Source of the DNA: Euglena gracilis
Taxonomy: Eukaryota
DNA: 64,000 nucleotides
Direction of reading: 5' to 3'
Assembly (NCBI GenBank): GCA_039621445.1
Contig: CP154954.1
Location: 5,743,919-5,807,918, forward strand
Position numbers and translations under genes: made by a program
In this document: positions 37,479 through 49,220 of the stretch, piece after piece
How the letters are laid out: each line of letters starts with the position of its first letter
How positions within the stretch are numbered: position 1 is the stretch's first letter
The notes under the pieces: generated by a model
Told to the model about the DNA's origin: nothing
The model's database searches: none
What the model saw: the letters and a program-made list of their open reading frames with translations, nothing else

Positions 37479-40400
37479 CTGTTTTTCAGGTCATGAATGT
37501 CAGGGTCATCCTGATTGATCGCGTTCCAGTCGATGACAACTTCGTCTTCTGAAGGTGTCTCGGCTGTCGAGGCGCGGGATTTTCCCAGCCCCTTTGACGG
37601 AGGTTTCGGCTGTGAGGTTTTCCCATAGCCGGATGACGTGACGTGCGTGAATCCTTGTCCCGAGGTTAATCCCCGAGAAGAGGATGCAGCACTCTGGCCG
37701 CCAGCACCACCACCGCCTTTCGGTGGGGGCTGATCACCAGATTTCGGTGTGGGTTTGCAAGGTGCGGCGCCCGGCTTACTTTTCGCCGGGGCCTTCGGGC
37801 TTCCGGCTTCCGGAGTCTCCGAGGGCCGCCGCTCGGCGTCTCGCTTGCTTGCCCACGTGCGTGGTGACGCTTGGGACGGGGGTCTTTTCCCCGACGCCGA
37901 ACGTCGTTGACCTTCAGCAGGGGTTTCCCGAGCTGATGGTCGTCCTACACGCTCCTTCGCGGCTCCCGAAGGTTTCCCAGGGGTAGCCGTGGGGGATGGT
38001 GTTGGTGTAGGCCTAGCCTGTGCACTTCGCGCTGGCTGAGCCTGTGGTGCAGGCATGGACGCCCGCTCGGCCTGTTTTTCAGGCGCCGGTGTCCGTGTGC
38101 CTTGACGCTTCTCTGGCGTGACTGTGGCTGTACCATGAGATACGGGTTCATCCCGTGCCTCCGGTGGTACCGCCGGTGTCGATACAGGTTCATCCTGTAC
38201 TGACACGGCTGGTGTTGTCTCCACAGTCATTGCCATCTGTTCGCCTTCCGTCCGTGTCGCTTCCGACACTGGCGGTGGCGCTGCCGTTGGGGAAGGTTCA
38301 TCCTCCACCATGGCTGCAATGTCAGATGTGTCTTCCGTCAGCTGGGCAGTTTCCGCCGCAGCTGTGGAAGAACTGGCCGCAGTGCCACGTGGAGTGACTA
38401 CTGCGATCAGTGACCGTAAACCACCGAGTACGCGTCCGCCCAGTGAGGTGCGTCTCTCCTCACCTGAAGTGGGCTCCTCGGCTGGCTCCTCGGTTAACGG
38501 GGTTTCCCCGGAAACAGGGAGCTTGAGGCGTAATACCTCGGGCGTGTGGGGTACCGTTTCCGGCGGGTTTTCCCGCGGAGGGGTTGGTACACCCGCTGTA
38601 CCCAGTGAGGCTGGTGATAGAGGGACAGGTGTCATTTCACCTGCTTGTGATCCTGGGTGTTGGGCGGTTTCTGCCACAGTATCCAGCATCACTACCGATG
38701 GGCTACGGGTTTCCCGTGCCGGAGGTTCCGTTGGCTGAGGTTCATCCTCAGCCATTGGGACCTCCTCCTCCTCCTCATCCGCTTCCGGAGAGGATTCGGC
38801 TGCGTGTAGCTGTGCTGCAGAACGCGGGTCTTTCCTGCTCCTGTAGCACCCTTGTGCGTTTGACAGGCGGAAAAAGCTAATACTTTCACTCCTGTCAGAG
38901 TTGGGGTATGGGGGCGGCCACGTCGCTCTCACCCAGCTTTCGGGTGGAGGCTGTGGTTGATCATCGTCGATCAAGCAAAGGTCTTCCCACTGCCGTCGAC
39001 AATGGTCAGTCACGCCAAACTCTCCTGTTTCTTCCAGGAATGCTGGCAGTGGCAACGCGTAACGAGGGACTTCCCCTTCGTGCGCCGCGAAAAACATCTG
39101 AAAATCCTCCCATATCAGGATATTCCCGAATTGGGTATCCAGGTGTTCCTGGAGACCGATTTCGGCCTCTTCCCAGTCTGGTCGCAGGTTCATCCTGCGC
39201 TGGTCTGGGTCATTGGGTCTGGCGTTCACCTCCATATATCCCCGAGGCAACCACTTTCTGTGGATTTCCACATCGGCGGTCATATATTCCAGGAAATATA
39301 TGTAGACCTCCAGGACGTAGGTAATCCACGCCCTGTGCCAGTACTGCTGCAGCAGAAATATTTTCTGCCGGTGCTGTTTCAGCACCTTTCGGTCTTGCGT
39401 TCCAATCTGGGGATTCCGGCACTGATGCAGGAGGCTGGCTGCCGGCATTCTTGGCAGACGGAGGCGGTTTTCCGCGTTCTCCGAAACCCCAGAAGTCAAC
39501 GATGTGGACTTCCTTGCAAAACTGGCATTCCAGTTTGTACCGCTGGGGGTATGCGAGGTCCACGTCCAGTACCTTGAACAGCATGCCATACATGCTGTCC
39601 AGGAAGACTTGGAGGTTGTTCGTGAACATTACCGCAGCCTGTGCCTGGAGTTTCTCCGGCAGGGGGTAATACTTCCACTGGATTCCCAGTGCGCTGACTG
39701 AAAACATGTGGTTGAAGATTTCCTTCAACTGTGCGACGAACGTTTCGCCGTCTTCACAGGTATTCAGGCAATCGATATACGTCAGACCGTTTCGGTCGGT
39801 AAAAATGCCGAAATTCTGGCAGGGGTATCCCAACCAGAACCACAGTTCCCAGAAACCAGGCATCTGGTCCAGGCCAACTTCATGCGAATGAGGGTATCCC
39901 TCGAACGCATGAAGTTCGGCACTGTAGAAAAAACGTTTGCAGTGATCGTTCATACGATTCTGCACCACTTCGAGCACCGCATCCGGTGGTCGGTGGATCA
40001 CGTTGCCTGCCCTTGTGAACTTTTGGAGATCCTCGTCGATTTTCGGCCAGATCTCCTCCAGGTACTTGAACACTGAGGCAACGTCATAATCCTTCGTTTT
40101 CGAAGGTTCGGCGGCTTTCCCGCCCTTGCTTGCTGCGGGTCCGGCAGATTTTCCGCCTTTGCCTGGAGCTGGCCAGGCGGCTTTTCCGCCTTTGCCAGGT
40201 GGGGCTTTCCCACCTTTCTCTTGGCCTTTTCCTTTCTCCTTACCTTTGCCCTTTCCTTTACCCTTGCCCTTTGTGTTTGACAGCCATTCGAATGTCGCCC
40301 GGTATGGGTCAAAGTATTCCCAGTATTCTGGGTCTTCTGGCGTAAACACTGGGTAAGTCACGGATTCCGTGCTTGGCGTTCGAGCAAATTCCTGCTCAGC

Positions 40401-41762
40401 ATCACCACGATTCGAGTAAACCGGTGCGACTGGGGATGGTCGGGTTTCCCGACGTGCCCGTTCTGCCGTCACGTCGGGCGCTGGTGGAGCTTCCTCCTCA
40501 GCGTCGACGTGCATCGCCGCGGGCGGATTTTCCGACCTCGGCGAGCGGCGCTGTGGCTGCGGCGTCAGATTTTCCGGGCCGCGGTCACGCTTGCCGGCGG
40601 CAGAACTTGTGGGCCGTGCTAGAGGCGCTTCCGCCACAGCAACGTCCTGCTGTCGCGCTGGTTGCCTTGATCGTGATGGAGCTGGGACTCCTGTGAGAGC
40701 CGACACAGCAGCATCATACTGCTGGCGCTCTTCCCGTGTCATTTCCGCCCGGGCAGGGTATCCCTGGCCAGCGGAAACAGGGGGGCGACGTGCGATTTGT
40801 CGTTGGATCGTCACAGCATATTCGTACTGTTGACGCTCCTCCTCAGTCTCAAACGGCCGGCCAGTCCACGGGTTAACGGGTTCATCCCGTACCGGGGGAA
40901 CTGGTGCCGCACGAGGCGCTGCCGCGGCTTCCCGCGGACGAGCGCTTCGGGCAGAGTCAGACGTCGGGGGAGGATTTCCCTCCGCAGGACGTCGTGGGAT
41001 AGGGTCAGGTATGGTTGGGTGGGGTTGAGGTGGATATACGTACTGATCCCGTGGCCTTGGCGCCTCCTGGGGATAATCCCCAGAGACGGTGTACTGAGAC
41101 ACAGGCTCCTGTGCAGGATAATCCCGCCGGGGCATGCGCTCAGGGGATCGAAAAATACTTTCTTTCACACGTGGGTGTTCACTCCGGACAGGTGCTTCCA
41201 CTGTCTCTTCCTCGGGTAATCCGGGGGAGTGAGCACGAAAATGTGCCGTGTAAGTGCCAACTGGCGGTATCTGCCGTGCTACCTGTGGCGGGACTTCCAC
41301 GCCCAGGTCACGCATGGTAATGTCCGCCGCGAATCCTGACGTGTCCGGGCCGGTGTAATACACCAGACCGGTCATCGTCGCCTGGGCGCACATACACCAC
41401 AGGGCTGGAGGGGTATTCGCGATGGTCAAAACTTTACGGCAGTGGTCATCCCACAATGCCTGTGTCAGTTGGTCTGGTGCCGGGTTTGCGCTCATAGGCA
41501 TAACCCGGTTCATCGTCTCCGCCGTGCGGTGGATCATCACACCCGCATACGGTGGGAGGCGACGAGAGCCTGATGGCTGAGATGGCCGCGCTTCCGCGGG
41601 CATCTGGGTCATCCTGCTACTGCTGCTGGCTTCAGGGTTTCCCTGAGCCGCAGTCCGTGTAGGTGGCTGCGTACCGTATCGGTACGCATACTGGTCAGGT
41701 TGAGGGTGCGTGGTGGGGTGGTAAGGCGGTCCTCCGCCTGGCTCCCTTCCACCGGGCAGCAT
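37479..41762 (-). CDS. accessory protein, exon 1 (Pro/Arg-rich linkers, KG repeat, two conserved globular blocks); one 14-bp deletion frameshift at ~39433
   Basis: ORFs 39210..41762 and 37376..39589 fuse when the 14 nt present in copy 2 (~58537-58550) are restored. Confidence 0.8.
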
Positions 41763-41847
41763 GATACAGCCCGGGGTCGGTACGGTGGGATGTTTGGGTT
41801 GTTGGTTGTAGTAAGGGTAACCGCTTGAGTATTATTTGCTAAAAAGT

Positions 41848-41900
41848 CTGCGGAAAGAAAGAATGATAAGAATCAATGATAAAAAGAAAAGAAAACAACA
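41848..41900 (-). promoter_or_regulatory. polypyrimidine tract + CGCAG splice acceptor ahead of the accessory ORF
   Basis: TTCTTTCTTTCCGCAG|ACTTTT. Equivalents: TTTCTCTATCTTTCTCGCAG|AGTTTT in B (53271) and the same site in copy 2 (60965). Confidence 0.7.
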
Positions 41901-41918
41901 TGGGTTTCCCATGAGTTC

Positions 41919-44900
41919 TCAAAAACTTGTCATGGAAACATCAATGTTATGTTTCTTGTTCCACAGCTTCCAATCTTGCTGGACATACCCAACAAAACTG
42001 GTTGCTGGCTCCCAAGTGTCCTCCTCGGGCCCATACCCTCTCCAGCGGACCTTCCAAAGGTGCATACCTTTGTCGATTTTGTGATCGATAATTTTATCGA
42101 CTACAAAGTCGTCCGTCTCAGGTAATCTGGAACGGGGTTTGAAGTGCAAACACGGGATGGGTTTCCCATCCGGTGGCGACAGGTATGGTTTGAAGTCGTC
42201 TATATGAACGTCCTCGACACCATTCGGTAATGCAACCTTGTAACGCCCGCTGGTACCTAGTCTTTCTAGGATTTCACAGGGGCCGAGCCAGAGGGGGTCC
42301 AGCTTGGAAGACTGCATGCGAGTGCGGCTATTCCGCACCCACACGCGGTCACCGGGACTATACACAGGTGACTTGAAATTCTGCAAAAACGATTTCCGTT
42401 TGGTTGCATGAATATCAGTCACGCACTTCTGGACTGCAGAACGTAGATTTTCTACTTCCGCAAACCAGGTCTCGCAACTGACACTCGTTCGGGCGGGTCT
42501 CTCCGAAGGGACATCCCCTATGGCCGGAGGGTCCCGTCCGAAAACTAATTTTTAAGGGGAGTGAGGTAAAACCAACCCTGGTAGGGTATTGATATAAAAC
42601 AAAGACCATGGTAGAACTGATATCCAGTTGCTGCGCGAGTCAGCCAGTGAAAGGCGAAGCATATTCACAACGGATTTCACGGCTGCCTCGGCTCTACCAT
42701 TGCCTTTGGGTCGGTATATAATGGAAAAATGTTGCTCGATTCCGAGTAAACCGCACAAAGTGGTGAAAAACCTTGAAGAAATCAAATGGTCTTGATCACT
42801 CACGATTTCATTCGGTAAACCCATTAAGCAAATGCATTTCTCCAAAAATATAGTTGCCAAACTTTGGGCAGTCAACCCTGACTTCTGCCATGGAATGGCT
42901 ACAATGTACCCACTCAGCCTGCAGACGACAACAAAAACGTAATCGTAAATTCTGTCGTCCGTTCCTTTGCACGGTTCTAATTCCAGAAAATCCATGCAGA
43001 GGGATGTAAAAATGTCAGGGGGTACGGGGAAAAAGTCCATCGTACCAGGGGGGGTACCTCTGCGGGGTTTTACCGCTTGACAAATTTGACACCGTTGCGC
43101 TATTCGCAAACAGCGTGAGTAAAGCTCTTTCTCGCTCAGGGTTGTGCAATATCTGCGGCCGTTGTGCAATATCTCCCACCAACGAAAGAAGTTTGGGGGC
43201 CCCAGGGTGACCATGGTTGTGATAACACAAAATCACATCATCAACCAGGTCCTGGGGAATACCATATTTGTAACCCGATTCATTGCGAAAAATGACCGGA
43301 CGTGCTTCCACGTCGGCGCCTTCCGCGCACTGGTGCGATCAGGAATAGTTGTGAAACGGGAAAAGAATCCAAAAGATTATCCGCAGCGTCGTTTCGACGT
43401 GCGTATTCGTCAGCTTCCTGACTTCCATGAAAAGTCGCGTCTCCCTCATCCGGGTTCCCAGGGTAATACCAAGGGGCCCGACTGAGCGGATCCGCTACTT
43501 TTTGTGTGTGACCAGGGGTATAAATAACCACAAGTTTGAATTGACTCAAGAACTCATGCCATCTGCATCGCCTTCCGACCGATGACATGGCCTTGTTCAA
43601 ATCCTCGGTGTACCAGTGTTGGAGACTCTCATGGTCGGTCTTGACGAGGATCTGGACGAGGCTGCTGGCTACCCAGCTTCGGAATTTCTGGAGTATAAGC
43701 ACGATTGCGTAGGTTTCCTTCTCGCGTATACTCCATTTGACTTGACCTTTTCCAGCGTCGCCCTGTAACTTTCTGCTGAAGAAAGCCACAGGTCGGAGCT
43801 CATTCGCCGCATTATGCTGGCTAAGAACTCCGCCAACAGCGTAATCGCTGCTGTCGACTTCCAACACGTATGGTTTGTACGGGTCCGCGATTTCGAGGAC
43901 AACATTCTCCAAAAGCAAAACCTTGATTTTCTCAAGGGCCTCACGCATTTGGTCATCCCAAATGACTTTGATGTTGTCAACAGCCCGGTTTTTGAGCTGT
44001 TTGGTGAGGGGCACCGCGATTTTCGCGAAGTCCTTCATATAAATCGCGTAGTATTGGGCTAATCCCAAAAATCCTTTGAGGTGAGTAATCGTTTTGATTA
44101 CCTCAGGGGTCCATTTCTTAATGGCTTCAAGTTTACTCGGAGCGGCTTTCCGCTGTCCATTGCTAAGGATGTGACCGCAAAATTTTATAAGTAGCCGAAA
44201 CAAATGCAGTTTCGCGCCTTTCGCGAAAAGCACATGTTTTTGAAAAGCGGTTAATACCGCGCAAACATGGTGGAAGTGTGTGACGAGGATATCCTCGCTC
44301 GATTTTGCGGATGGTGGTGGTGTTCCCACCAGCACATCATCAATGTACACAATGGCAAACGGTAAATCGCGTAGAACCCATTGTATCATGCGCTGAAACA
44401 TGGCTGGGCCATTCTTAACACCCATGGGGAGTACCGTCCATTGGTACACACCCTTGGATGTCACGAATGCCGTGTATGGTTGGGAGACAGGGTGTAAGTG
44501 CATTTGGTGAAAACCGTCCTCCAGATCGAAAATTGACCACAACCGGTTTTCCGATTGTTTGGTGATCAAATCCTCGATCAGGGGGAGCGGGAAGGGATCA
44601 TCCCTTGTTTGGGAGTTCAGGTACCGGTAATCCAGCACCAGCCTCCATTTCTTCTGACCTGAGGGGTCTGGGGGTTTAGGAACAACGAATGCCTGGGATG
44701 TCCACTCGCTTTTCGAGGGTACAATCCACTTGCGCTGAATAAGCTTCTCAATCATTTCATTGAGAGCTTGTTCGCGTTCTCCCGAACAACGAAAAAATTT
44801 CCGGTGCATTGGCTTGGCTCCATCCTTAAGCTCGATCTTACAAACACCGAACGGACCGCGTATCGCGGGGTCGATGTCGCACGCGTATACTGGATTTTCC

Positions 44901-46887
44901 AGCACACCGTGAAATTCGCGGGTAATCCGCGAACAGAATTCGGCTGACTTAGGATGCTGACCTGCACTCTCGATGACTGCGGAAACCGCCAGGGTATCCC
45001 TGGGGCTACCGAGCTTCCTCGGCACCGCGAATTCGGACATTCCGAATGCATCGAAGAAACATACGCGAAAAATGATTTCTTGCAAGGGTGGTAATATTTT
45101 GCCACAAAAATCCTCAAAAATAGGCACATTAGTGGGTAAATCCCACCAATGAAAACATACATACGATAGTTGGGTGAACCATTCCGCTTCCGGAATGATG
45201 GGTATGAGAATAACTCCACGGGCTTCATCCCGCAGAATTTTCTCAACCGCACATTCGATAAGTTTTGGGGGATGGTGCATCCATAACACCGTGTCACCCC
45301 AAAATTTATCAAATGCGTTGGAGTGTTGTGACCAATGACGTGGCAAACGGGCATGTGCATTGGATGAAAACACATCGATTTCCAATGCCAAATCAAAAGA
45401 ATCAGCCAATGTCGCGATTTTGGAAAACCATCGTTCCAAAATGCGATATTGACCAAAATTGAAAGCATTCCATACGCGTTTCGCGTATTCGTGCACCCGA
45501 TTTCCGGGTTGGAGAGAAGAAACACAATGAATGGATCCACAAACATGCGGGTTGTCTTCCACTACCTCAAGGGGTAATCCCAAGGGAGTTTGGACAGGTT
45601 GGGGATTTCCCCATTCCGCATCAAATTTATACCAAGTGTACTTGGGATGGTGGTTAGGCATGACGCTTTTCGCGTTTCCGAACAACGAGGTTATTCCGCG
45701 TTGTTGGAGTACTCGGTGTATCTCCGCGCATTGCGGGTTACAACCAAGTGTATCCTGGGGTGTGGATTCCGTATTCGGAATTGCGATTAGTGTCGGATTT
45801 TCAACTAAACATCCACAATCGAAATCCGATTGGGTGGAAATTCTCCTGCAGTGCACACATTGGAAGGAAGTGTGTTGGTGTGACAGGTGTGCGTGTAAGT
45901 GGGTGTCGATGGCATTAGCCGGTGAGTCTTGTACAGGTGTGCCTGGATTCGGCACAACTGGTAGGAAACGGAGTGGTGGTGTAGCTGGGCGACTACTCGA
46001 CACCGATATATCTTCAGGCCTTTGGGCTTTCGTCTTGTAACCCAGTGAAACGGCGGGGGTACCGCTACTCGCTTGCCCTGCCTCATGTGGAACGCATGTT
46101 GGTGTGTCATTGGGCAGGGGGGAGGCTTTCTCCGTACCCCGGGTGTGGAAAACGGTTGTTGGTGTGGTGGATAACGGTGTTGCCATTGTAGGTAACGGTG
46201 TTGGAAAAGTGGTGGTCATCATGGCTGATGCCAACGGTGATGGTGGTTTGGGTGTCAATGAAGTGGTGGGTGCTGTGCGCAGACCGTGGGAGTGGCAATC
46301 CACAACCAATCGGTACTGGCGTAAAAATAGGTATCCCAAAATTACATCAGACCCGTGAATTCCGGACTCGTAACCCAAATATTGGTGAAATGTTGTAATT
46401 GTGGGGGTTGTGAGTGATGCTTCGGAATGATGGGCAAGAGTATCTCGAGCACACATCCCAAATCACCACCACACATGGGGGTGTTATCCGCGGTTGTAAT
46501 TTTGATCAGTTTCTTGGCGCTTACCAAGAGCGTGGTCGGTATCAACCCCAACCGAAAGAGCAGTGCAATGCGACAACCAGTGTCAATGAGAATTTTAACT
46601 TTAGTGGAGAAATTTTGGACGCGGATTTCCGCTTGGACGAGCAATTCCATTGGTGGTACGCAAAGTGAAGGGTCTGGCGGAAATACGTTTACACGCCAGC
46701 TCTCCCATGAACCCTTTCCTACTTTGCTCAGCATTCCGAGCGGAAATGTGGAGTGGGGGGTACGGGACCCGAAATAATTCCGGGTACTGACCGTGAAGGC
46801 GGATGGGCAGGGGGGGTAAGGTTGATCAGGTCTTACCTCCATCTGTTCATCAGCCCAGAGGTCCGTGCCCTCGGACCTCGGGCTCCC
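41919..46887 (-). pseudogene. pol: pol of copy A1: protease, MTase-like domain, RT, RNaseH, integrase, chromodomain
   Basis: Motifs ILIDTG, LDYRYLN, FDLEDGFHQ, YIDDVL, VDSSD, TDHESL, H..GHPG..CQIC, MDF..SDQ..GRAE, GPCEI, WKVRWRGYGPEEDTWEP. Lesions: frameshift ~46420, ~150-bp deletion ~43292, short duplication ~43160, stop at 42552. Confidence 0.92.
45050..45400 (-). other. DNA N6-adenine methyltransferase-like (Dam/DIRS-type) domain within pol
   Basis: EIDVFSSNAHARLPRHWS...NAFDKFWGDTVLWMHHPPKLIECAVEKILRDEARGVILIP...EWF follows the DIRS MT pattern (DxF..N..LPxxxS..DAF..W....xPP..LI....K........LI.P.....WF). Confidence 0.72.
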
Positions 46888-46890
46888 CTA
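46852..46890 (-). promoter_or_regulatory. putative stop-codon readthrough signal (UAG-GGG + hairpin)
   Basis: TAG GGG AGCCC-GAGGTCCG-AGGGCA-CGGACCTC-T-GGGCT; gag and protease are in the same frame. Confidence 0.7.
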
Positions 46891-49220
46891 CTCCAAGTCC
46901 GAACCGGCCGCATAGCCGGCAACGGACTTTTTGGTGGAATAGCTGGAATTCAATGAGCGCACCGCCATTCGGGCCTCATTAAATTCCCCGTCCGAGGTCT
47001 CATCCCCCTCCCTGCCCGAAGCCGGGGTGTCCTCCTCCAAACAAGATATCTTGAAACCGACCTTTTGCCGGTTGGAGGAGTAACCACGGTCATCGCGGCG
47101 CTTACCGCGATTTCCGTAGCCGGGCCGGGGGGAACGAGATCCGGGACATTTGGATGCGTGGTGATCTTTGGAACCGCAAAGTGAACAACGGGATTTGTGG
47201 CGGGATTCTGCATAACGGGGGGAACGGTATTCCGTTCGACCGTCAAACCGTCGTTGTGTACGGGTTTCCCGTCGACCATGACCGGTGTACCGGGGTTTCC
47301 CCGGTGACTCCCGCGAAGAGGATGATCCACTTCGCGAACGAGATCGTGAATAGTCGCGATTGAAATCCCGTTTTCGGGTAGGGGGTCCAGGTGACCGACC
47401 GCGAGAAGGACGGGTTTCCCGACCATCACGCGATGGTGACTTGGGCCTGCTACCGCTAAAGCGTTTCTCCGAAGAACGTGAAACTCCTGATTGACGTGAG
47501 GAGGTCGAGCCCCTTGGGCTTCCAATACGCTTTCGCGCATCGGGATTCGGACATTCCCGAGACATGTGACCAGATTTGTTGCACAAAAAGCACCGTTTAT
47601 CCGTGCCCTGGTCCGAAGAACGCTGATTCCGCGTTTTCGGTCCCGTGGTGGGTGATCTTGGTGACTTGGGTGATTTGTACAACGCATTAACCGCACCCGC
47701 AGGGATTCCCGCGGTGGGATGCGTTTGGAAAGCGGACTGTATTTGTCCCAAAACTTGTGTGAGTTTGAGTTGCTTTGACACATAATTCCAACGTTGGGCA
47801 AGAGTCATCTCATGCCCTGCCAACTCCTCGCGATGGATATCCTTCACGAGGGATGGTGTGAAATGCAACAAAACCACATCTAATTGTTCGCGCATTTGCT
47901 TCTCGCTAAGTTCATCAACTTCGGCAGCAAGTGCTAACCATTTGGCATACCAAAGGTCAATGGATTTCCATTTGCGATCCGATGGCGCGGATTGTCGCCA
48001 CTTCTTCTCCACGGTAATCCTGGTGACCAAGCTTGAGTTGGTTGAAGCGTATTGCTCAACCAGGTCATCGAATGATACGCCATTACGTATCACCAAATTA
48101 CGTGCGCGTTCTCGCTCTTCCCTCGGTAGGCAATCGATGAATTCCATCTTGACTACCTCGGGATTCGGGTCTTGGGTGGGTCCCTTTAGTGCCCAGTGAT
48201 ACTCCCAGTCCCGAAAAAATTGTCTTCATGTGGTTGGATCCCCGTCCCATTGGGGTTTCACCTTGTTCGCGATTGCGATGGTGCCCTTGAAGTCTCTCTG
48301 AGTAACCCGCTGACCCTCGGTGGTATTCCAGGGGTTTGGGTCAGGGTGATTCTTTACACCAAACGCGTTTCGCGGATTTTCCGCTCCATGTGTACCCCGT
48401 GCAGGATTTCACGCACCAAGTGTAGGTGTGGCAGGATTTTCCTGCGGGAAGTGCAAAAAATGTGGTGAATTTCTCCCGGTGGGGCGGGTTTCCCGCCGAA
48501 AACCCGATGGGTGATCTGGTAATCCAGAACCCGTTGGTGATTGGTATGATCACGAATGCGACACATGACCAATACCAGGTGTGGGGTGTTGGCTCATTCC
48601 TCGTACAAGGTTGGAATGTTGAATTTCTTGGTGGAGACTCGAATTTGCGAGCGGGGCGTCAATTTCCTCATCGGAAATGTTGAGCGAAAGGTGGGTTTGT
48701 GGTGTGGGCAAAAGCAAAGGTGGTACAATTCGCGTTTTAGCGGGTGGTTGTACCAAATTCGCGGTGGATGTAGGGATTCCTACTCCAGAAATGGTAATTT
48801 GAGAACGCGATTCTGGGACATTTGGAATACCAACCGCAGCGCTTACCGCGGTGGATGGTGGCACAACCGGTGCCGGAGTGGACATTTTATCCAAACTCGC
48901 GGACAAGTCATGCACCGTTTCTTCCAAATGTTCCACCAACTGGAGTTGGCCGCAAATACGGTCAACCTCAGTCTCCAAATGTCTAATGCGTTTGCGGTAA
49001 CGGGAAAAATAGTCCAAGTGTGGTAACTTTTCAGAAACCAAGTGTAGGTCTTGGACAAGTTGTCTCTGGGACTCCTCCACATTCCGGAGTTGACCCGCAA
49101 GCGCTTTTACTGCATTTGAGACAATTTGCAATTGGTGGGGTGACTTGGTGGGGGTTTCCGCGGTGGTGCGCGAATTTTCCGCGGTTGGCTTTTCCAACAG
49201 CGCAGAATAAGGAGCCGATG
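46888..49220 (-). pseudogene. gag: gag (coiled-coil N-terminus disrupted; open 46888-48147)
   Basis: Two CCHC knuckles (CFLCNKSGHMSREC, CSLCGSKDHHASKC) separated by an RS-rich tract; heptad-like segment at ~48890-49135. Confidence 0.8.

Larger units (their letters stand above)
35009..49220 (-). mobile_element. Ty3/Gypsy chromodomain element, subfamily A copy 1 (no 5' LTR visible)
   Basis: Order gag-PR-(MTase-like)-RT-RH-IN-chromodomain, then accessory ORF and terminal region. The 5' junction is approximate. Confidence 0.88.

Noticed and set aside
36340-41762. env gene call for the accessory ORF
   Set aside because: No signal peptide or transmembrane segment is evident.
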